64,000 bases of DNA from Octopus vulgaris (GCA_951406725.2 OX597815.1:131626001-131690000), one strand, 5' to 3'. Shown: positions 13,189-27,778, counted from the first letter of the stretch. Program-made: numbers and translations. The notes: generated by a model not told the origin, from the letters alone.

Positions 13189-13932
13189 GGGAGACCTTTG
13201 ATGCAAGTCTTATAATGTACCTCTCGTAAATATGTGTTAAAGGATTTCCTTGACTTTTTCTTTGGATTATAGTTTGCTCTTCGCTGCATCCACGCAACAG
13301 TTTTACCGTCGTGAAACCAGGATTTTCTACACTTGAGGAATTTCAGTTTTAGTCTGAACTCGGGTTCAGTGCTTCTCTGGAAATACCCTACCAGGACCTA
13401 GAGAGAGAGAGACTAATAGAGAGAGAGAAACAAATAGAAAAAGAGAAAGAAATACAGGTTTATTACATCCATATGACAACAGTCATGATTCATTAAAACT
13501 ATTTCCTTCACTAGAAGACGTGTTATAATTAACAAATTGCAAGTAAGACCAGCTCCAAACGGAGAAGGGAGATAAGTTCAATAATCATAAGTTTTCCAAA
13601 TTTGATATTCCTTTAATTAAAAGGATAGGCTTTTTGTCTGAAGAGGGCACGTTTCTTGCTGAATGGTCGTCATCAGCAAGAGAATTGGCCGAATTAATTC
13701 TAATAATCAAGCGGCTCAGATTTATACAAATTGAGTAGAACACATTTATGGCCCACGTAATTCGTATAATTTAAAAACAAATGAGCTAAAAGAATTAAAA
13801 TGGAACGACCAGTGGGATGTATTTGAATAACATTGAAAAATACAGGTAAATCAAATACCGTAACGCATAAATTCTTGATTTATTATTCTTATCACCGCTT
13901 CTTGAAGATGTGAAACTTTAGAGGAATATACA

Positions 13933-13984
13933 ATCGTAGTACTGATGACGCCTATGGGGGCAGAAACAAGTGTGCACGACTATC
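13933..13984 (+). ncRNA. Degenerate hammerhead-like motif
   Basis: CTGATGA CGCC-TATGGG-GGCA GAAA CA..TG; stem I is imperfect; lies between diverged inverted arms at ~13800-13875 and ~14128-14200. Confidence 0.4.
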
Positions 13985-15199
13985 TTCTTATATTCAGGAA
14001 AGTCTGTCCTTTTCCTGAAAGGCATGTCAACTTCGGTGAACTCCTTCTGATATGGATTTAGTCTTAATTGCGATTTGTAATTTGTTATACATCTTCTAAT
14101 GGGCGAGATAATGTTAATAAATTATAAATTTACGGTGCAAGTTATTTGATATAGATTCACTTGTTTATGATGTTCAGTTACGTGCCACTGGCCACTCTGA
14201 ATTATTTTTCTTAGCTCATTTTTTCATTTACATACATACATTCATATATACGTGTGTATTTGTGTGTATGTATGTGTGTGTGTGTGTGTGTGCTTGTGTG
14301 CATGTGTGTGTGTGTGTGCATGTGTGTGTGTGTGTGTGTGCGTGCGTGTTGGTTATTTGAAGTTGAGGAAAATGCATGTGAATACGGGTCCCTCAAGAGG
14401 TCTAACCAGATATTTATTTCTATGAACATCTCATAACACTGACTATGTCTAATCCTTACTCTTCTCATCAAACTCTTCTGTCATTCCTTCTCTCTCCTAT
14501 TGCACTTTGTACATGCTTCTATGCTACCTGTGTGAATGTCCTTTTGATCAAGCTTGTCTTTATGTGCTCCTACTACTAAATCTCACCTCACTTGATCACA
14601 CTACCTTCTTTCTCATTTCAACTAAGCTGGATTTGCTTTCAAACTTTCTCTCTCGTAACCACTCTTTACTTCATTTCCTGTCAACTTCCTCGCATATTAC
14701 TTATCACTGGTTTCCCTCACGTACTGCATTTGAATTCCTCCCATCACAAACATATTTTGTTTTGCATTCACAAGGATATTACGCAGATAATAACACCTTT
14801 GTATAAAATATTTCTCAGAAGACTTCTAGTTCTGGAAACGTGAGATTGTTTTACACCTTGCAGTTAATAAACTCTTTGAACTCCCTTCGAACTACCTTGC
14901 TGATTCGGTTGTGCCGAGGCTACTGATTACCAAGCATTCCCTTCGGGTTCCAGATTTGTATTATAATTCGTGCAAGAAGTATTAAAATCTAACTAGAATT
15001 AATTATAAGCTGATCGGAAAAGATGATTTATATTTTGAAAAACAGGTGACACAATTTGGGACATGCTTGGTCTTTTATTTGTACCCCTATAAGCTTTATG
15101 TTGGTCCCGGCATTGAATATACGAACACTAACATGTATACTGTTTTTCATGAGGATGGCGTCAGCATTTCATTTTTGACTAAACAATTCTTTTTCCTAA

Positions 15200-15330
15200 T
15201 TATTTTATCGACTCCGAAAGGATGAAAGGCAAAGTCAACTTCGGCGCTATTTGAACTCAGAACATAAAGACGGCCGAAATGCCGCTAAACATTTTGCACA
15301 GTGTGGTAACGATTTTGCCAGGCTGCCAGG
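15200..15330 (-). mobile_element. tRNA-derived SINE family A (core GACTTTGCCTTTCATCCTTTCGGGGTCGATAAA)
   Basis: Homologous to copies at 17478-17690 (+), 37370-37445 (+), 48288-48630 (-) and a degenerate copy at 16440-16520 (-). Confidence 0.8.
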
Positions 15331-15454
15331 TGGCCGCTGTTCCGTCATTCACTAATATCATCTTCTGATAATCGTATAATTATTTTTAGTTCCATTTTAA
15401 TGCTGTCTTCAATAAAAGTGCTAAAACTATCTCACAGGCATATATCTCTGTCCT

Positions 15455-16415
15455 GACGATACCTGGACGATACCTCAACTTCCATACAGTGTAAAGAGAG
15501 GTGTTGTTGCTCAGTGCCTAAAACATCGAACAACGAATTTAAGTAGCGATCATGATACACACCAAGAAGAAATGATCAAGCTCAATAACAATCTATTAAG
15601 CAACAACTACCCAAAAAACATACTATCCTCTCCAATTATGAAGAAAAGAGAGGATGAAACCAATAAACATTCCACAGTCTGTCTACCCTATATGAAAGGC
15701 CTCTTCCAAAAGAAACAAAAGATATGTGGCCCATATGACATCAGGACAGTATTCAAGAGTAATACAACACTTCGCAAATATCTATTTCGAGTAAAACCAA
15801 TACAAGAGAATATGACCAAAGACTGCGTGTACTTCATCGCATGGATCTGTGGTAGGTTATATAAAGGCGAAACATGCTGCCCCCTTAAAATAAGGGTAGA
15901 CGAACATCGCAAAGCTGTGGCATGAGGAAATATTGATAAATCGGTTATAGCTGATCATGTATGGAAAAATGGAGACCACCTTCTCCTGTGGGATAAAGTT
16001 AAAATAATAGACAGAGAACACCATTAAAAAAATACGGAAACTAAACGAAGCAGCACATATGCTAGGACACAACAATCTCCTAAACAGACCGAGTGCATAT
16101 ATGAGTAGCATATGGGAACCAATATTAAGGAAGGATTGGAGAATATTAGATTTATAAGCCCTATAATTCACTCCATAATTGCCCACAGGCATATGGCGCA
16201 GTGATTAAGAGTGCGGGCTACTAACCCCAAGATTAGTTCGATTCTAGGCAGTGACCCGAATAATAATAATAATAATAATAATAATTTAGGAATGAGAATC
16301 CAGGTTCAAAATTTCCCCCACGACACCTGATGAAAGCTGGACGGTATATGAGCCGAAGAGTTGTGTTAACAAACAAGATGAGGACAAATATCTGTCAAAT
16401 AATGTAAGTAATGTA
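15455..16415 (+). mobile_element. Penelope-like element 3' part: RT thumb, GIY-YIG endonuclease pseudogene, pLTR with HHR
   Basis: LPYMKGL..I....DIRTVFKSNTTLRKYL..K....CVYFI..CG..YKGET..L..RVDEH..*..S.IADHVW..H...WD.V.IIDRE is a Penelope GIY-YIG; HHR at 16323-16366; (AATGTA)-type tail. Confidence 0.9.
16187..16260 (+). other. tRNA-like Pol III head (A and B boxes) within the Penelope 3' region
   Basis: TGGCGCAGTGATT (A box), GGG-CTACTAA-CCC anticodon-like arm, AGTTCGATTC (B box), then (AAT)n. Confidence 0.6.
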
Positions 16416-17477
16416 AAGGAGTTATTCTCTGACTTCTACTCGTGTACTTGGTTGGTGTTTTACTTTTTTTGATCTCGAGAGCGTTAAAGGCAAAATAGAC
16501 GTCGGAGAGTTTTCAAATCAGAGCATATAGAGGGGAAAGTACTATAGTCTGGAGCTTTGTCATATGCATAAGTGATCCTTTCAGCTCACCCACTGCACTG
16601 TGGCACATGAAATAACCAAAAAGTACCCACTATTTTTACTTGAAATGAAACCACAGAACGTCTTCGATTATTTTCAAATGGATGAATATATAATCTTTAC
16701 GGCATAAATTCGTTTGCTAGTCTACGTTAGCTGTGATAGTGTGATGTCGTCAACAAGAATCGAAAACGTTTAACGGAAAGAATATAACAAGAGACAACAC
16801 TTGCTCACATTTCTCACCACCATAAATAAGAAAGACAAATATTGTTTACTAAAAGGAAACAATTAGATTATTTTAAATCTGTCTACAAATTATCAATTAT
16901 GCTTGGCAGCATTCCCTGGAAATGTTAACATGTAAATAGTTGTCTAATACATTAATCAATTTGTCAGGTAAAATCTAAAGTGTTTATCGTATTTACACAT
17001 CGACGCATTGCACAAGTGATATAGCTGAGTTGTAATATATACAAGATATACGTGATCTGAAAATGTTCAACCTAGGTAAGATTTCTGACTTTTCGAACAT
17101 GTACTTACACTTAGGTATGTTGTTTAATGGTAGGGGAACAGTGTACTATAAACGCAAACTCACACACGTACACACACATACACACACGTATACAAACGCA
17201 TATACATATACCTATAGGTGTGTGTATGTATGTTTGTGTGAGCGCGCCCATGTACAGGTATTGGCATATGTGAAGGAGGAGGCTCAAAGGTTACAATGCT
17301 GGAAAAACAATCTTGACATTATGTATAGCCATTATATATAGCAGGTAGAAATTATGCTAAAATCGTAGAAATATATAATATAGAACATGTATATTGTTTG
17401 ATTCACGACATGTCATCAAAGTACAACTAAGCAAATTAAACAATCCACAATGGCAATATCTTAATATCAGACTGGTT

Positions 17478-17690
17478 AAGGTGGCGAACTGGCAGAAACA
17501 TTAGCACGCCAGGCGAAATGGTTAGCAGTATTTTGTCTGTCTATGTTCTGAGTTCAAATTCCACCGAGGTTTATTTTGCCTTTCCTCCTTTCGGGATCGA
17601 TAAATTAAGTAACAGATATGTACTGGTGTCATTCAAATCGACTGCTTCCTCACCCAAAATTTCGGGCCTTGTGCCTAGAGTAACAAATAA
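17478..17690 (+). mobile_element. SINE family A
   Basis: GGTGGCGAACTGGCAGAA head, GAGTTCAAATTC B box, shared core. Confidence 0.8.
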
Positions 17691-18199
17691 TATCAGACTA
17701 GTTTATATAGCCGATAAATATCCTGTGCAGAGAAGAATTGTGTTTACATTCCTATTAATCTTTTCTCACATCTAAATAGTTTCTCATGTGTAAATTTACT
17801 TCATTAATCCTGATTACACGACGGTTACAGAATAGTTATACGTTTTATCTAACTGCATGCCATCAAATTATAAAGATGTAAGTTAAACTGTCTAATACGA
17901 CAATAGCTTAGTTTCTGACAGCTTTATAGAGCGGCTAGGTCTTCTACAACTATCGATTACGAAAAGCAGTCTAGCGTTTAGGTTCTGAAGAGCGCCCACC
18001 AACCTGTGAAACAGTTCTGGAGCAGCTCCATTTCTCTTTTCCTACAATTCGAAAGCCCAGAAGGGATGTGCTTGCATTCTTATACTTTTCTTTCACAGTT
18101 AAATGATTTCTAATAATAATAATTATAATAACAACGATGACAATGATATATGTATGTGCGTATGTATGTACATACACACACACACAGACACATACGTAT

Positions 18200-18460
18200 A
18201 ACACGCTTGGCACAGATTGACCTTGAAATCTGCTGTATATACGCATTAGGTTTTAACGTTCTGCCTCACTTCTGTTGTTTCCAGCAGTGCTTGGTTGGAA
18301 GGAACGTGTGTAGCGTGTTATCTCGCATTGTCATGACAGAGACAGTTGAGTAGAGAATCTGCATGAAATTTGCCAAAATCTTGATGAGGCAGAGCACATC
18401 AAATATAATAGATGATCTAGTCGTTCAGTAAACGGTTGTTTTGCATTCATATGAACTACT
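18200..18460 (+). mobile_element. mariner transposon 5' remnant
   Basis: ATG at ~18332 gives MTETVE*RICMKF, matching the mariner N-terminal EQR.CIKF motif; disrupted thereafter. Confidence 0.55.
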
Positions 18461-19033
18461 CTATCTATACCCAGAATGTTTCCATTTACCCGACTCAGTT
18501 TAGTTTGATGTAAATAAAATTTATGAATTTCTTTATAAATCACTATATTGGATTACGGATAAGAATAAATAGTAGTTAATGAGATGAGGGAAGCAAATTC
18601 CAATGGACAGTAACAGATGTTAGTATTGTTAGGTATTTGTACTGGGTTAAGACGGGTTTGATCTCTACCACTATTAAGTACAAGTTAATTGGATCGATAT
18701 ATCATAGTTGATTATGCTGCTTCCCGAACAAATTTATGGGAGCTTGTTGTATCGCAGAGAATAATATTTCACGGATGATGTTTATGCAGATATCAACCCT
18801 GGCTGAACGCAGCTATGATGAAATAATTTGCAGTCGTTATCATCATGTCTCTGCTTATACCAAGAACTATGTTACAAAACGTTTCTATTTCTGCAAAATG
18901 AATGCGACGTCGCTGTTATTTGTAACAGGAAATTACCTCCTAAGTGTTACCTTACTGGCTCGTTTATTAATTAGTTCATTTGCAGAGCAAGTATTATTCG
19001 TCACTATTAGTATCAAAACAAGGAGATGTAGCA

Positions 19034-19091
<58 letters not shown>

Positions 19092-19095
<4 letters not shown>

Positions 19096-19295
19096 GAGAG
19101 TTTACGGAAAAAACAAAAGACGAAGACTGGTGGTGTACAAAACAAACAGATGTATTAGTATAACGCTCAGGAATAGAAAAAAGTCTTTTACTTTTCGAGC
19201 CTACGCTCTTCTACAGAAAGGGACACAAAAAAATAAGGAGAGAAACAAGGAGAGAAAAAAATGTGTGTAGTGACTAACGATCTATCCTGGCGATA
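19092..19295 (-). mobile_element. Short pLTR-like repeat with HHR-like motif (19185-19220) in TA-rich flanks
   Basis: CTTT CTGTAGA AGAGC-GTAG-GCTC GAAA AG TA AAAG; close partial copy at 31078-31200 (+) has GAAACGTA. Confidence 0.7.
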
Positions 19296-19426
19296 TATAT
19301 ATATGTGTGTGTGTTAGCTTCGTTTTAACTATTCACTAAAACTTCTTAAGTTAGTTGAAGAAAGAACAGATAACATTAAGGAGAATAGCATCTAAGTGAC
19401 GTGAATTTATTACGACAGAGGGAAGA

Positions 19427-19480
<54 letters not shown>

Positions 19481-19770
19481 GAAAGGTATTGGTGTCAGGA
19501 AGACCCAAAAGGTGTCGGGTAAAGTACTATGGATAGACCGTGGTTAAGCTCCTGGCTCGATAATATGAGTGAGGAGTCCAATGTGGGTCATGTATTAGCA
19601 TACGTATATATAAATTGACAGAATGAAATAAAAAAAAACCAAGGCAGTAAATAGATTTCATAACATTTACCAAGACTTTTTCTTGATAAATGCTATGAGA
19701 TCTATTTACTGTCTTGGTTTTTTTATCTCTTTCTGTCAATTTATGTGTTTATACACACACATACACACAC

Positions 19771-19817
<47 letters not shown>

Positions 19818-19821
<4 letters not shown>

Positions 19822-20182
19822 GGTACTCTGTCGGTTACGACGACGAGTGATCCAGTTGATCCGATCAACGGAACACCCTGCTCCTGAAATTAACGTGCAA
19901 GTGGCTGAGCTCTCTACAAACAGGCGTGCTCTTCACGTATTTGTCGGGGAAATTCAGCGTGACACAGAGTGTGAAAAGGCTGGTCCTTTGAAATACAGTC
20001 ACAGAGAAAATTGTGGCGAAAGAGTACAGCAGTTTTCGCCACCTCCATCACCTCGCCAGAGCTTCGTGGAGCTTTAGGTGTTTTCCCTCATTAAACACTC
20101 AAAAACGGTCGGTCTGGGAATCGAAACCGTGTTTTTACGACCGCCAAACCGCTGCCCTAACCACTGAGCCATTACTCCTACA
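19818..20182 (-). mobile_element. tRNA-derived SINE family B
   Basis: Minus-strand head TGGCTCAGTGGTTAGG (A box) ... GTTTCGATTCC (B box); second full copy at 43667-44020. Confidence 0.85.
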
Positions 20183-20237
<55 letters not shown>

Positions 20238-20409
20238 TACACACACACATAATGTAATTCAAAATAAAATACTGAATATGATTTATCAGTGATTTGGATT
20301 ATTAAAGTCATTCTGAATCGAAGAGCGAAACTAGAAGGTAGGCCTAATCTAAACATTGTGTAGGAGAAATTTAGGTCAGGTTTCTCGTGTTATGGTACAA
20401 ATGTCAGTC

Positions 20410-20650
20410 TTAATAGTTAGGGTGCTGCATTCAGAGTTGCAAGACCGAGGTTTCGATTCTCTGACTAGGCGGTGCATTTTGACCTTAACCAAAACTCTTC
20501 ATCTCACGTTGCTCCATCTTACTCAGCCATGAATGAGGGACCCTGCAATGAATTGGTTTCCCGTTCAGAGACGAGGGAATATTGTGATCTCGGCCAGTCA
20601 TACGCCGTGGAAAGCGGGTAAGCAGCTCTTTGAGTCTTTGGAGTTCAGAC
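20410..20650 (+). mobile_element. Degenerate tRNA-derived SINE
   Basis: GTTAGGGTG...GGTTTCGATTC B box followed by a SINE-like body. Confidence 0.5.
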
Positions 20651-21029
20651 GATACTTTCCCGTTTCAGGATAAAATGCGTCGCACAGTTTTTCCACTTTT
20701 GACTAGATGCTACCAGCTGTAGTGCTGTTTATGCTTGTATTCAATGCATTAGAGCAGTAAGTGAAATAAATTGAATAAAAAGAACATCGACTCATCAGGA
20801 GTTATCTTATACGTTTTCTATAATATTGTTAGTCATAAAATACATTGCAGCATATTCGACCATAACCATAAAAAATACTACTAAAATAGAAAAGAGCAGA
20901 TAGTTACCACTCGGATAATGAAAATAACAAATGCATTGAAAACTTTGTTAGAGTATTTTTGTGTAAGAGCATATAATTTCATAAAAACCACAGAAGCATG
21001 GTCTTCGAAAATATATCTTATCTCCATAT

Positions 21030-21037
21030 ACATGCAA

Positions 21038-21090
<53 letters not shown>

Positions 21091-21106
21091 CATGTATATA
21101 TATATG

Positions 21107-21179
<73 letters not shown>

Positions 21180-21194
21180 ATATATTTACATATG

Positions 21195-21272
<78 letters not shown>

Positions 21273-21305
21273 CATGCATGTATGCATGTATGTATGTACA
21301 TGCAC
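21030..21305. repeat. Compound (TACA)/(CA)/(TA) microsatellite
   Basis: Direct inspection. Confidence 0.95.
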
Positions 21306-21511
21306 ATTACACTCTAAACAATATGTGATATTGGTTTCACTATAAAAAAGTTAGAAGAAATATATCGATAGAATATTCGAGTATAACACGTTGTTTTTGC
21401 TTTCATTTTCAATACTTAGTCAACAATATCATGGCAGACTTTACAAATGACACCATGTGTCCGTGTGTGTATACATACATACATACATACATACATACAT
21501 ACATACATACA

Positions 21512-21545
<34 letters not shown>

Positions 21546-22633
21546 CGTATATAACACACACGGACGTACACACGCACACACAAACATATATTACATCAGA
21601 CTTTAGACGCATAGATATACAGATATATGACACTGTAGACATATGAAACTAACGCCCTTGTTTTTACTTATTACCAATACACTTGACGTGTTTTTATAGC
21701 AGTCGAGGCGAACAATAAATTGGAATATTTAACTGAAGATTATTTATTAGATTATGATGATATAATGTTTCTCATTGACGTTTACTTTTCTGAGATCTGC
21801 TTGGGATATTTATTATATTTCAAACATCATTAATCTATCTTTACAGTATAGTTATTCTTTCTGGTATTGAACAAGCATTGTAGTAAATACTTGGCGAGTA
21901 GCTGTTTCGATGTCTGGCTAAATGCGTTTCATTTTGTGCCTTTTGCTTGGATAGCACTAGCATATTACAAGGTATAATTGTTCTTTATGTTTAGAGGAAT
22001 TATTTCTCTTCTTAAGATTGGTAACACTCATTGATAGGTATTCAGTAGAGCCATTCAAACGGAGTTCCCTTCAGTTCACCTGTTGGTCAATCTGCCTAAG
22101 AACCTTACGTAGAAATATATTAATCTACCTTCACCAACGCTTTTCTGCGTCCCTTTCTCTTTTTTCACTTCATTTCTGGTTTTCTTTTTACTTTTCCTGT
22201 CTCATTCAACGTATCTCTGCTCCTAGGACATATTTTTATTTGTTTTCTTTACGCCATTTTTACTTCTTTTCATAGGAGTTCTTCACAGACCTATACTTAC
22301 ACACACACACACACACACACACAAATAAACAAACATTTCTCAGTCTACCTCTGATGGGGCGTTTCCCCTCAAACCCATGAATTAATTTCCTACATATGTT
22401 TATGCTTTTTCGTTCGTTGGTAATGCTTTTCTCTGTAAGGAAGAATGTTGTCCTAAATTTCATTTCCCAAACGAAATAGCACTTCGTGTTCAAAGCTCCG
22501 ACGACGCATCAAATATGAGTGCAGTACATCTAATAGCATGATTTATAACTGCTCTGTACTCAACTGACACTTTATTCTGAAGCATGGATATATTAAGTTC
22601 TAACGCCACGTAATTAGCATCGCTATGCCTAAG

Positions 22634-22707
<74 letters not shown>

Positions 22708-22714
22708 TGTATAT

Positions 22715-22915
22715 GTCTGTGTGTCCGTGTTTGTCTGCCCAACAACGCTTGACCACCGATGCTACTGCGTTTACGTCTCCGAAACCTAGTGGTTCGGTAA
22801 AAGAGACCCGATAGAATAAGTACTAAGCTTACAAAGAATAAGTCCTGGGGTCGATTTACTCGAGTAAAGGCTGTGCTCCAGCATAGCCGCAGTCAAATGA
22901 CTGAAACAAGTAAAA

Positions 22916-22920
<5 letters not shown>
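22715..22920 (+). mobile_element. SINE family C 3' half
   Basis: Tail GGCTGTGCTCCAGCATAGCCGCAGTCAAATGACTGAAACAAGTAAAAGA; homologues at ~26250-26470, 34960-35165, 57170-57390 and 43015-43070 (-). Confidence 0.8.
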
Positions 22921-22951
<31 letters not shown>

Positions 22952-22971
22952 TTATATATATATTTATTTAT

Positions 22972-23665
22972 CTTTTATCTTTTGCTGGTTTCAGCCCAGG
23001 GCTGAAGTCATGCTGGTGAACCACCTGTAGTTACTCGGTGTTGTTTCCGGTATTGTTTTTGGTGAAGTGGCTATCTGGGCAGAGCTACTCTTCTTTGTGT
23101 CTCCTGCCGTCATATGGGTTCATCTGGTATCTCAGATAGAAACCTGTTCAGACGTTCCTTGACAAGTTCTACATCAATGCCATGTAGATCTCTAAGGTTA
23201 CCAGCCAGGATGTTGAACAACTGCGGACCCTTGTATCCGTGACTAAAGCAGTACTGTGTCCTTATTTTAGATGGGAAAGACGTGATCTTTGGTATGATGC
23301 TCTGCCATCCAGTTCGTGTATTGGTATAGCTGTCAATTCCAAAATTAGGAGTTAAACCCTCTAAGATCTTCCAACTATATGTCACCGCATATTTCTCTTG
23401 TCTTCTCTCCAGGGAATAGAGACTCAACTCCTTTAGCCTCTCCCAGAAGCCCATCTTTTGTATCAAGTCAATCTTCTTTGTGTATTGGCGCTGGATTGCT
23501 TCGAGTTCCACAGTTTGTATCACACTCTCCCGGGACCATAGTTAGGCGCAGTAGTCCAAGAACGAACGTCCGCCATAGGAATAGCAGAACCTCCCTTTTC
23601 CTAGTTCTGAACATCCTCAGAATCCATTCAGCTACTCGTCTCCGCGGTGTTGCCATCTTGGTAAT
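22972..23665 (-). mobile_element. CR1/L2-group LINE 3' end (RT C-terminal pseudogene and tail)
   Basis: WILRMFRTRKREVLL.LWRTFVL, ELEAIQRQYTKKI..WERLKELSLYSLERR..Y..WKIL, GPQLFNIL..LR..K.RL..FLSEIPDEP. Confidence 0.85.
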
Positions 23666-23672
23666 ATGAACA

Positions 23673-23716
<44 letters not shown>

Positions 23717-23785
23717 TATTGTCATATATATATATATATATATATATATTTCATATCGTTAGCATAACTAGATTGGCATGTACCG

Positions 23786-23888
<103 letters not shown>

Positions 23889-24271
23889 CAGGGGTGAGTG
23901 AATATGTGGGTGTATGTAGATACATGCATATACGTTGTTGTAAGTAGACAAAAAGTGGAACTTGGAATAACTCCTCTCTAGTTTTGGTACTAAGACGTCT
24001 TTCGCATTATTTATCAATTCATGATAAATTTTGAAATTTACTTAGCATTTCGGATATAACCCTCGTGTAAAACTACTATTCTTTTCATCTAAATTGTAGC
24101 TAGTGCGTGACGAAAGAACTAGAGAACACTTCTGAAGTGCATGTATATTTCTCCCGATTGCATTATCCTATTGAGACTTCAGTTACAAAATACCGGTGAT
24201 ATTGCAAATTAAAACGTAGCTCATTGGAAAAACTAGCAATTATCTAAAAGCTTTGAACGTTTGGACACACG

Positions 24272-24388
<117 letters not shown>

Positions 24389-25413
24389 GTACACACTCAT
24401 ATATATATGTGTGTGTGTGCGTGTTCACGTCGCGCAATCGTACCTCTAATTTTTCTGTAGTAATGCAATGTTAATGAATATGGTGAACGTAATTGTTTAG
24501 TATCATGGTTAAATGCCTCCAGACAAAATTTTTTAATCTTAAATGTGACTCGTTTGCGAATTCATTTGACCGCGATACGATTAGAGTTGTATGGCATCTG
24601 TAAAATCATTGATGCTATGTCCAACCAAGCGATTGGTTTCCATCTGAGATTAATTAGTACATAACTCTTCATAACATAATTTCGGTTTTACAGATACGTC
24701 TGGGTGGTTTTAATTATTTTACAAAATTCGATATTACCACATATTACAAACACCAAAGCCTATCATTCAGTAAAAAATAATAAAGTGTTAATTTCCTTTA
24801 AGAATTACAGTAGAAAATCAAAGACAGGAATCGGAATAAAACCAGTTAAGCACTGAATTAGTCCACTTCCTGTGTTGAAATTTTGTCAGAATTGGTTTCG
24901 CCTTTTATCTCTACAAAGAAACCAAGTCAGTTATTAATAGAATCGGTAATGTTGGCTGTATCCCGTGGTAAAAACTATAATTATTTGTTAGGATGTGTAG
25001 AGAGTAATCAAGTACTAGTCTTATTATAGTAATTGTAATTATATATGCTACACTATCTCATTTCAGACTACAATACCACGTTTTGGGCTGCAACACCTCG
25101 TTTCCTGAAGCTTAAGGGATATTACTGATAGAAAGCGTTGCTTTTCTTACAAAATTAAGTACGGCCTGTTTTTAATGACTATAGAATTAAAGCCTCTTTG
25201 TTGTAGTTTTTGATACAGTAAATTCTGCTGGTTTTGACCCAACGTCCTATGTGTTCCTATGTTTCTTTTAATGGATGATAAAATCCAAATAGACATAGGA
25301 ACAAATCTTAAAAGCAAATGTACTCTCACAATTTGAAAATAATCTAATTCCGGACATATGATACATTGTGAATCGTACTCCCTTTAAAGTAAATACAAAT
25401 TAATTTAACAAGA

Positions 25414-25483
<70 letters not shown>

Positions 25484-27554
25484 CCCAAACTACCAATATA
25501 TAAGATTAATACAACTATATAAATAAAATAAAGAATTATACTAATAATAAAAGTTGAAATTCTCCCAATTAAATAAGTAGAAGTTAAATGAATAAATAGA
25601 TTTGGATACTTACTAATATATGTATTTATTTTTTTTTTTGTTTTATTCTTCTGACAAGTGAGTAGGGAGAAGAGTAACAGCCAGCCTCTAAAAAAGTTGA
25701 TCTAAATTTCATTAGGGGTGAATAGTAGCATGACCTAATTCTTCAGTACTGCAACTAGCCATTGTCCATCATGGTCGCAGATTAACCTGTAGACATTTTT
25801 AGAAGAGAATCCAGAGATCCACATGCTCACACACACACACACACACCAACACACACACCCACACACACACTCACACATATACACATACATACACTGCCAT
25901 TCTGTCTATAATGAACTCTCCTTCCATTAGGATGTAAATGAATTTAGGTCAATTTTGCCCTGAAGAGATTTTTTTACCTTTTAAATTCATAATGTGATAT
26001 TAATTGTAAAATATGAATGAAGGTGAGAAATTGAAACATGTGTAGGCGACATGGAATTGACTATTATATAAAGAAATTCCATAAATCTCTTTAAATATAT
26101 ATATATGATTTTATTTTCAGTTATTGCTTAACTGGCCGAGACTTCAAAGTCACCGTCAATTATATATATATGTTTTTGTATATATATATATATATGAAGA
26201 GACAGAGACAGAGGAAGAGGGAGAACGAGATGTTTGCGTATGCATATTCATTATTGTGTTTGTTTATTTCCTCAAATGTCGATAACTGGTGTTACTTGTA
26301 TTATGTCCCCATCACAAGTTGGCGATTCAGAAAAAAGTGACTCAGAGAATGAATAACTACCTGGCTTAAATTTGTATCAGAGTCGATTTGTCCAAATAAA
26401 TTTTTCAAGCGGTGCCTTGATGGGGTTGCCGTCCAATTACTTCAACGAACATAAGATGAAAATAATAAAAAATATACAGAGATTATAGTATAACCCTTAT
26501 CAGGGAATCTTTGTCGGATTTAAATCTCATATTTAGATTTTAAACGGTTTATTGGTGGACTTTTTTGTTTTTGTTTTTGATATTCGTAATTCATTTCATA
26601 TGACTATACTGATTTTGTACAGAAGAAAAATTGATGTTACATATAACCTTTCAAAACTTTTAAGAAATTTTCTTTTTTATCCTTTGTGAGAATATACCAG
26701 TGAGTTTGGAAATAAAAAAAATAAGTAATAAATAGAAAATATTAGTGTAAATAGAAAGAACATTTTTAGGTGTGATGCAAAAGTTTTCTTTTTATTTTCA
26801 GTTTTTGGCAGGTCGAATGTTTTCATTCAACACTTATTTTGTCACAGGAGAAATCTCTGTACTTTCGTGCTGGCAAAATATTTACTTGCTGGTCAAAATC
26901 CGCGCAAGGTAAAAAGAGTATAGTAGACACATACAGAGCGAGTCACTGATCACAATCTAAATCTAAACTTTAGTAAGGCATTGTACATTACTGTCAGAAA
27001 ATTACATTTGCGAATTCTTAATCCTTTTTAAAATCTTCTTGGTGTTGTGTAGGCACCGAGAGAACTCTATTCAAATATTGAAATATGACCCGGTTTTGCC
27101 CATCACATTTTAAAGAAAAATTTCAAAAGATGTATCTATGATAATATTAACTAATGTTTTTGTTAATTAACACGATAGCTTGTGATTTCATGGGTCATTG
27201 TTTAATGTTTATCAGATGCAAAATTACATATGACGTACGTTTTCGGGCTCAAGAACTTATTTACTAAGTACGTAGGTACTACTTAATTTAAGGGTTAGAA
27301 ATAAAAATAGAACTGTATGATTCTGTTCTCTGCATCAAGAATTTGCAGTATAATTTCAACTTCCACTCGCAGCCTTTATATTTTAGCATTTCTATGACTC
27401 ATAAACATTCAGGTTCAATATGCATCTTTAGAAACAGTGATTAAGTCATTCATTAGGATTTTATCCTGGAGTTAGTGTTTCGACTATTACATCACAATCT
27501 CTTCAGATAGAAATGTGCACTAAGCTAAGATTTATATTGTGATAAATGACTCGC

Positions 27555-27631
<77 letters not shown>

Positions 27632-27778
27632 GTGTGTGTATCTTTTCAATGTGCACAAATAAAAAGGTTAAATAAATAAGTAGTTACCAGGGTAGCAAAA
27701 ATTCACAAAAGTGTACTTGTATTACAGCCTACTTATAAAGGTAGAAATTCCAGGGTTAAGCGAAACTTTTTGTATAAC

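Noticed and set aside
16187-16260. Functional tRNA gene
   Set aside because: T-arm and acceptor stem are incomplete, there is no oligo-T terminator, and it is embedded in a retroelement
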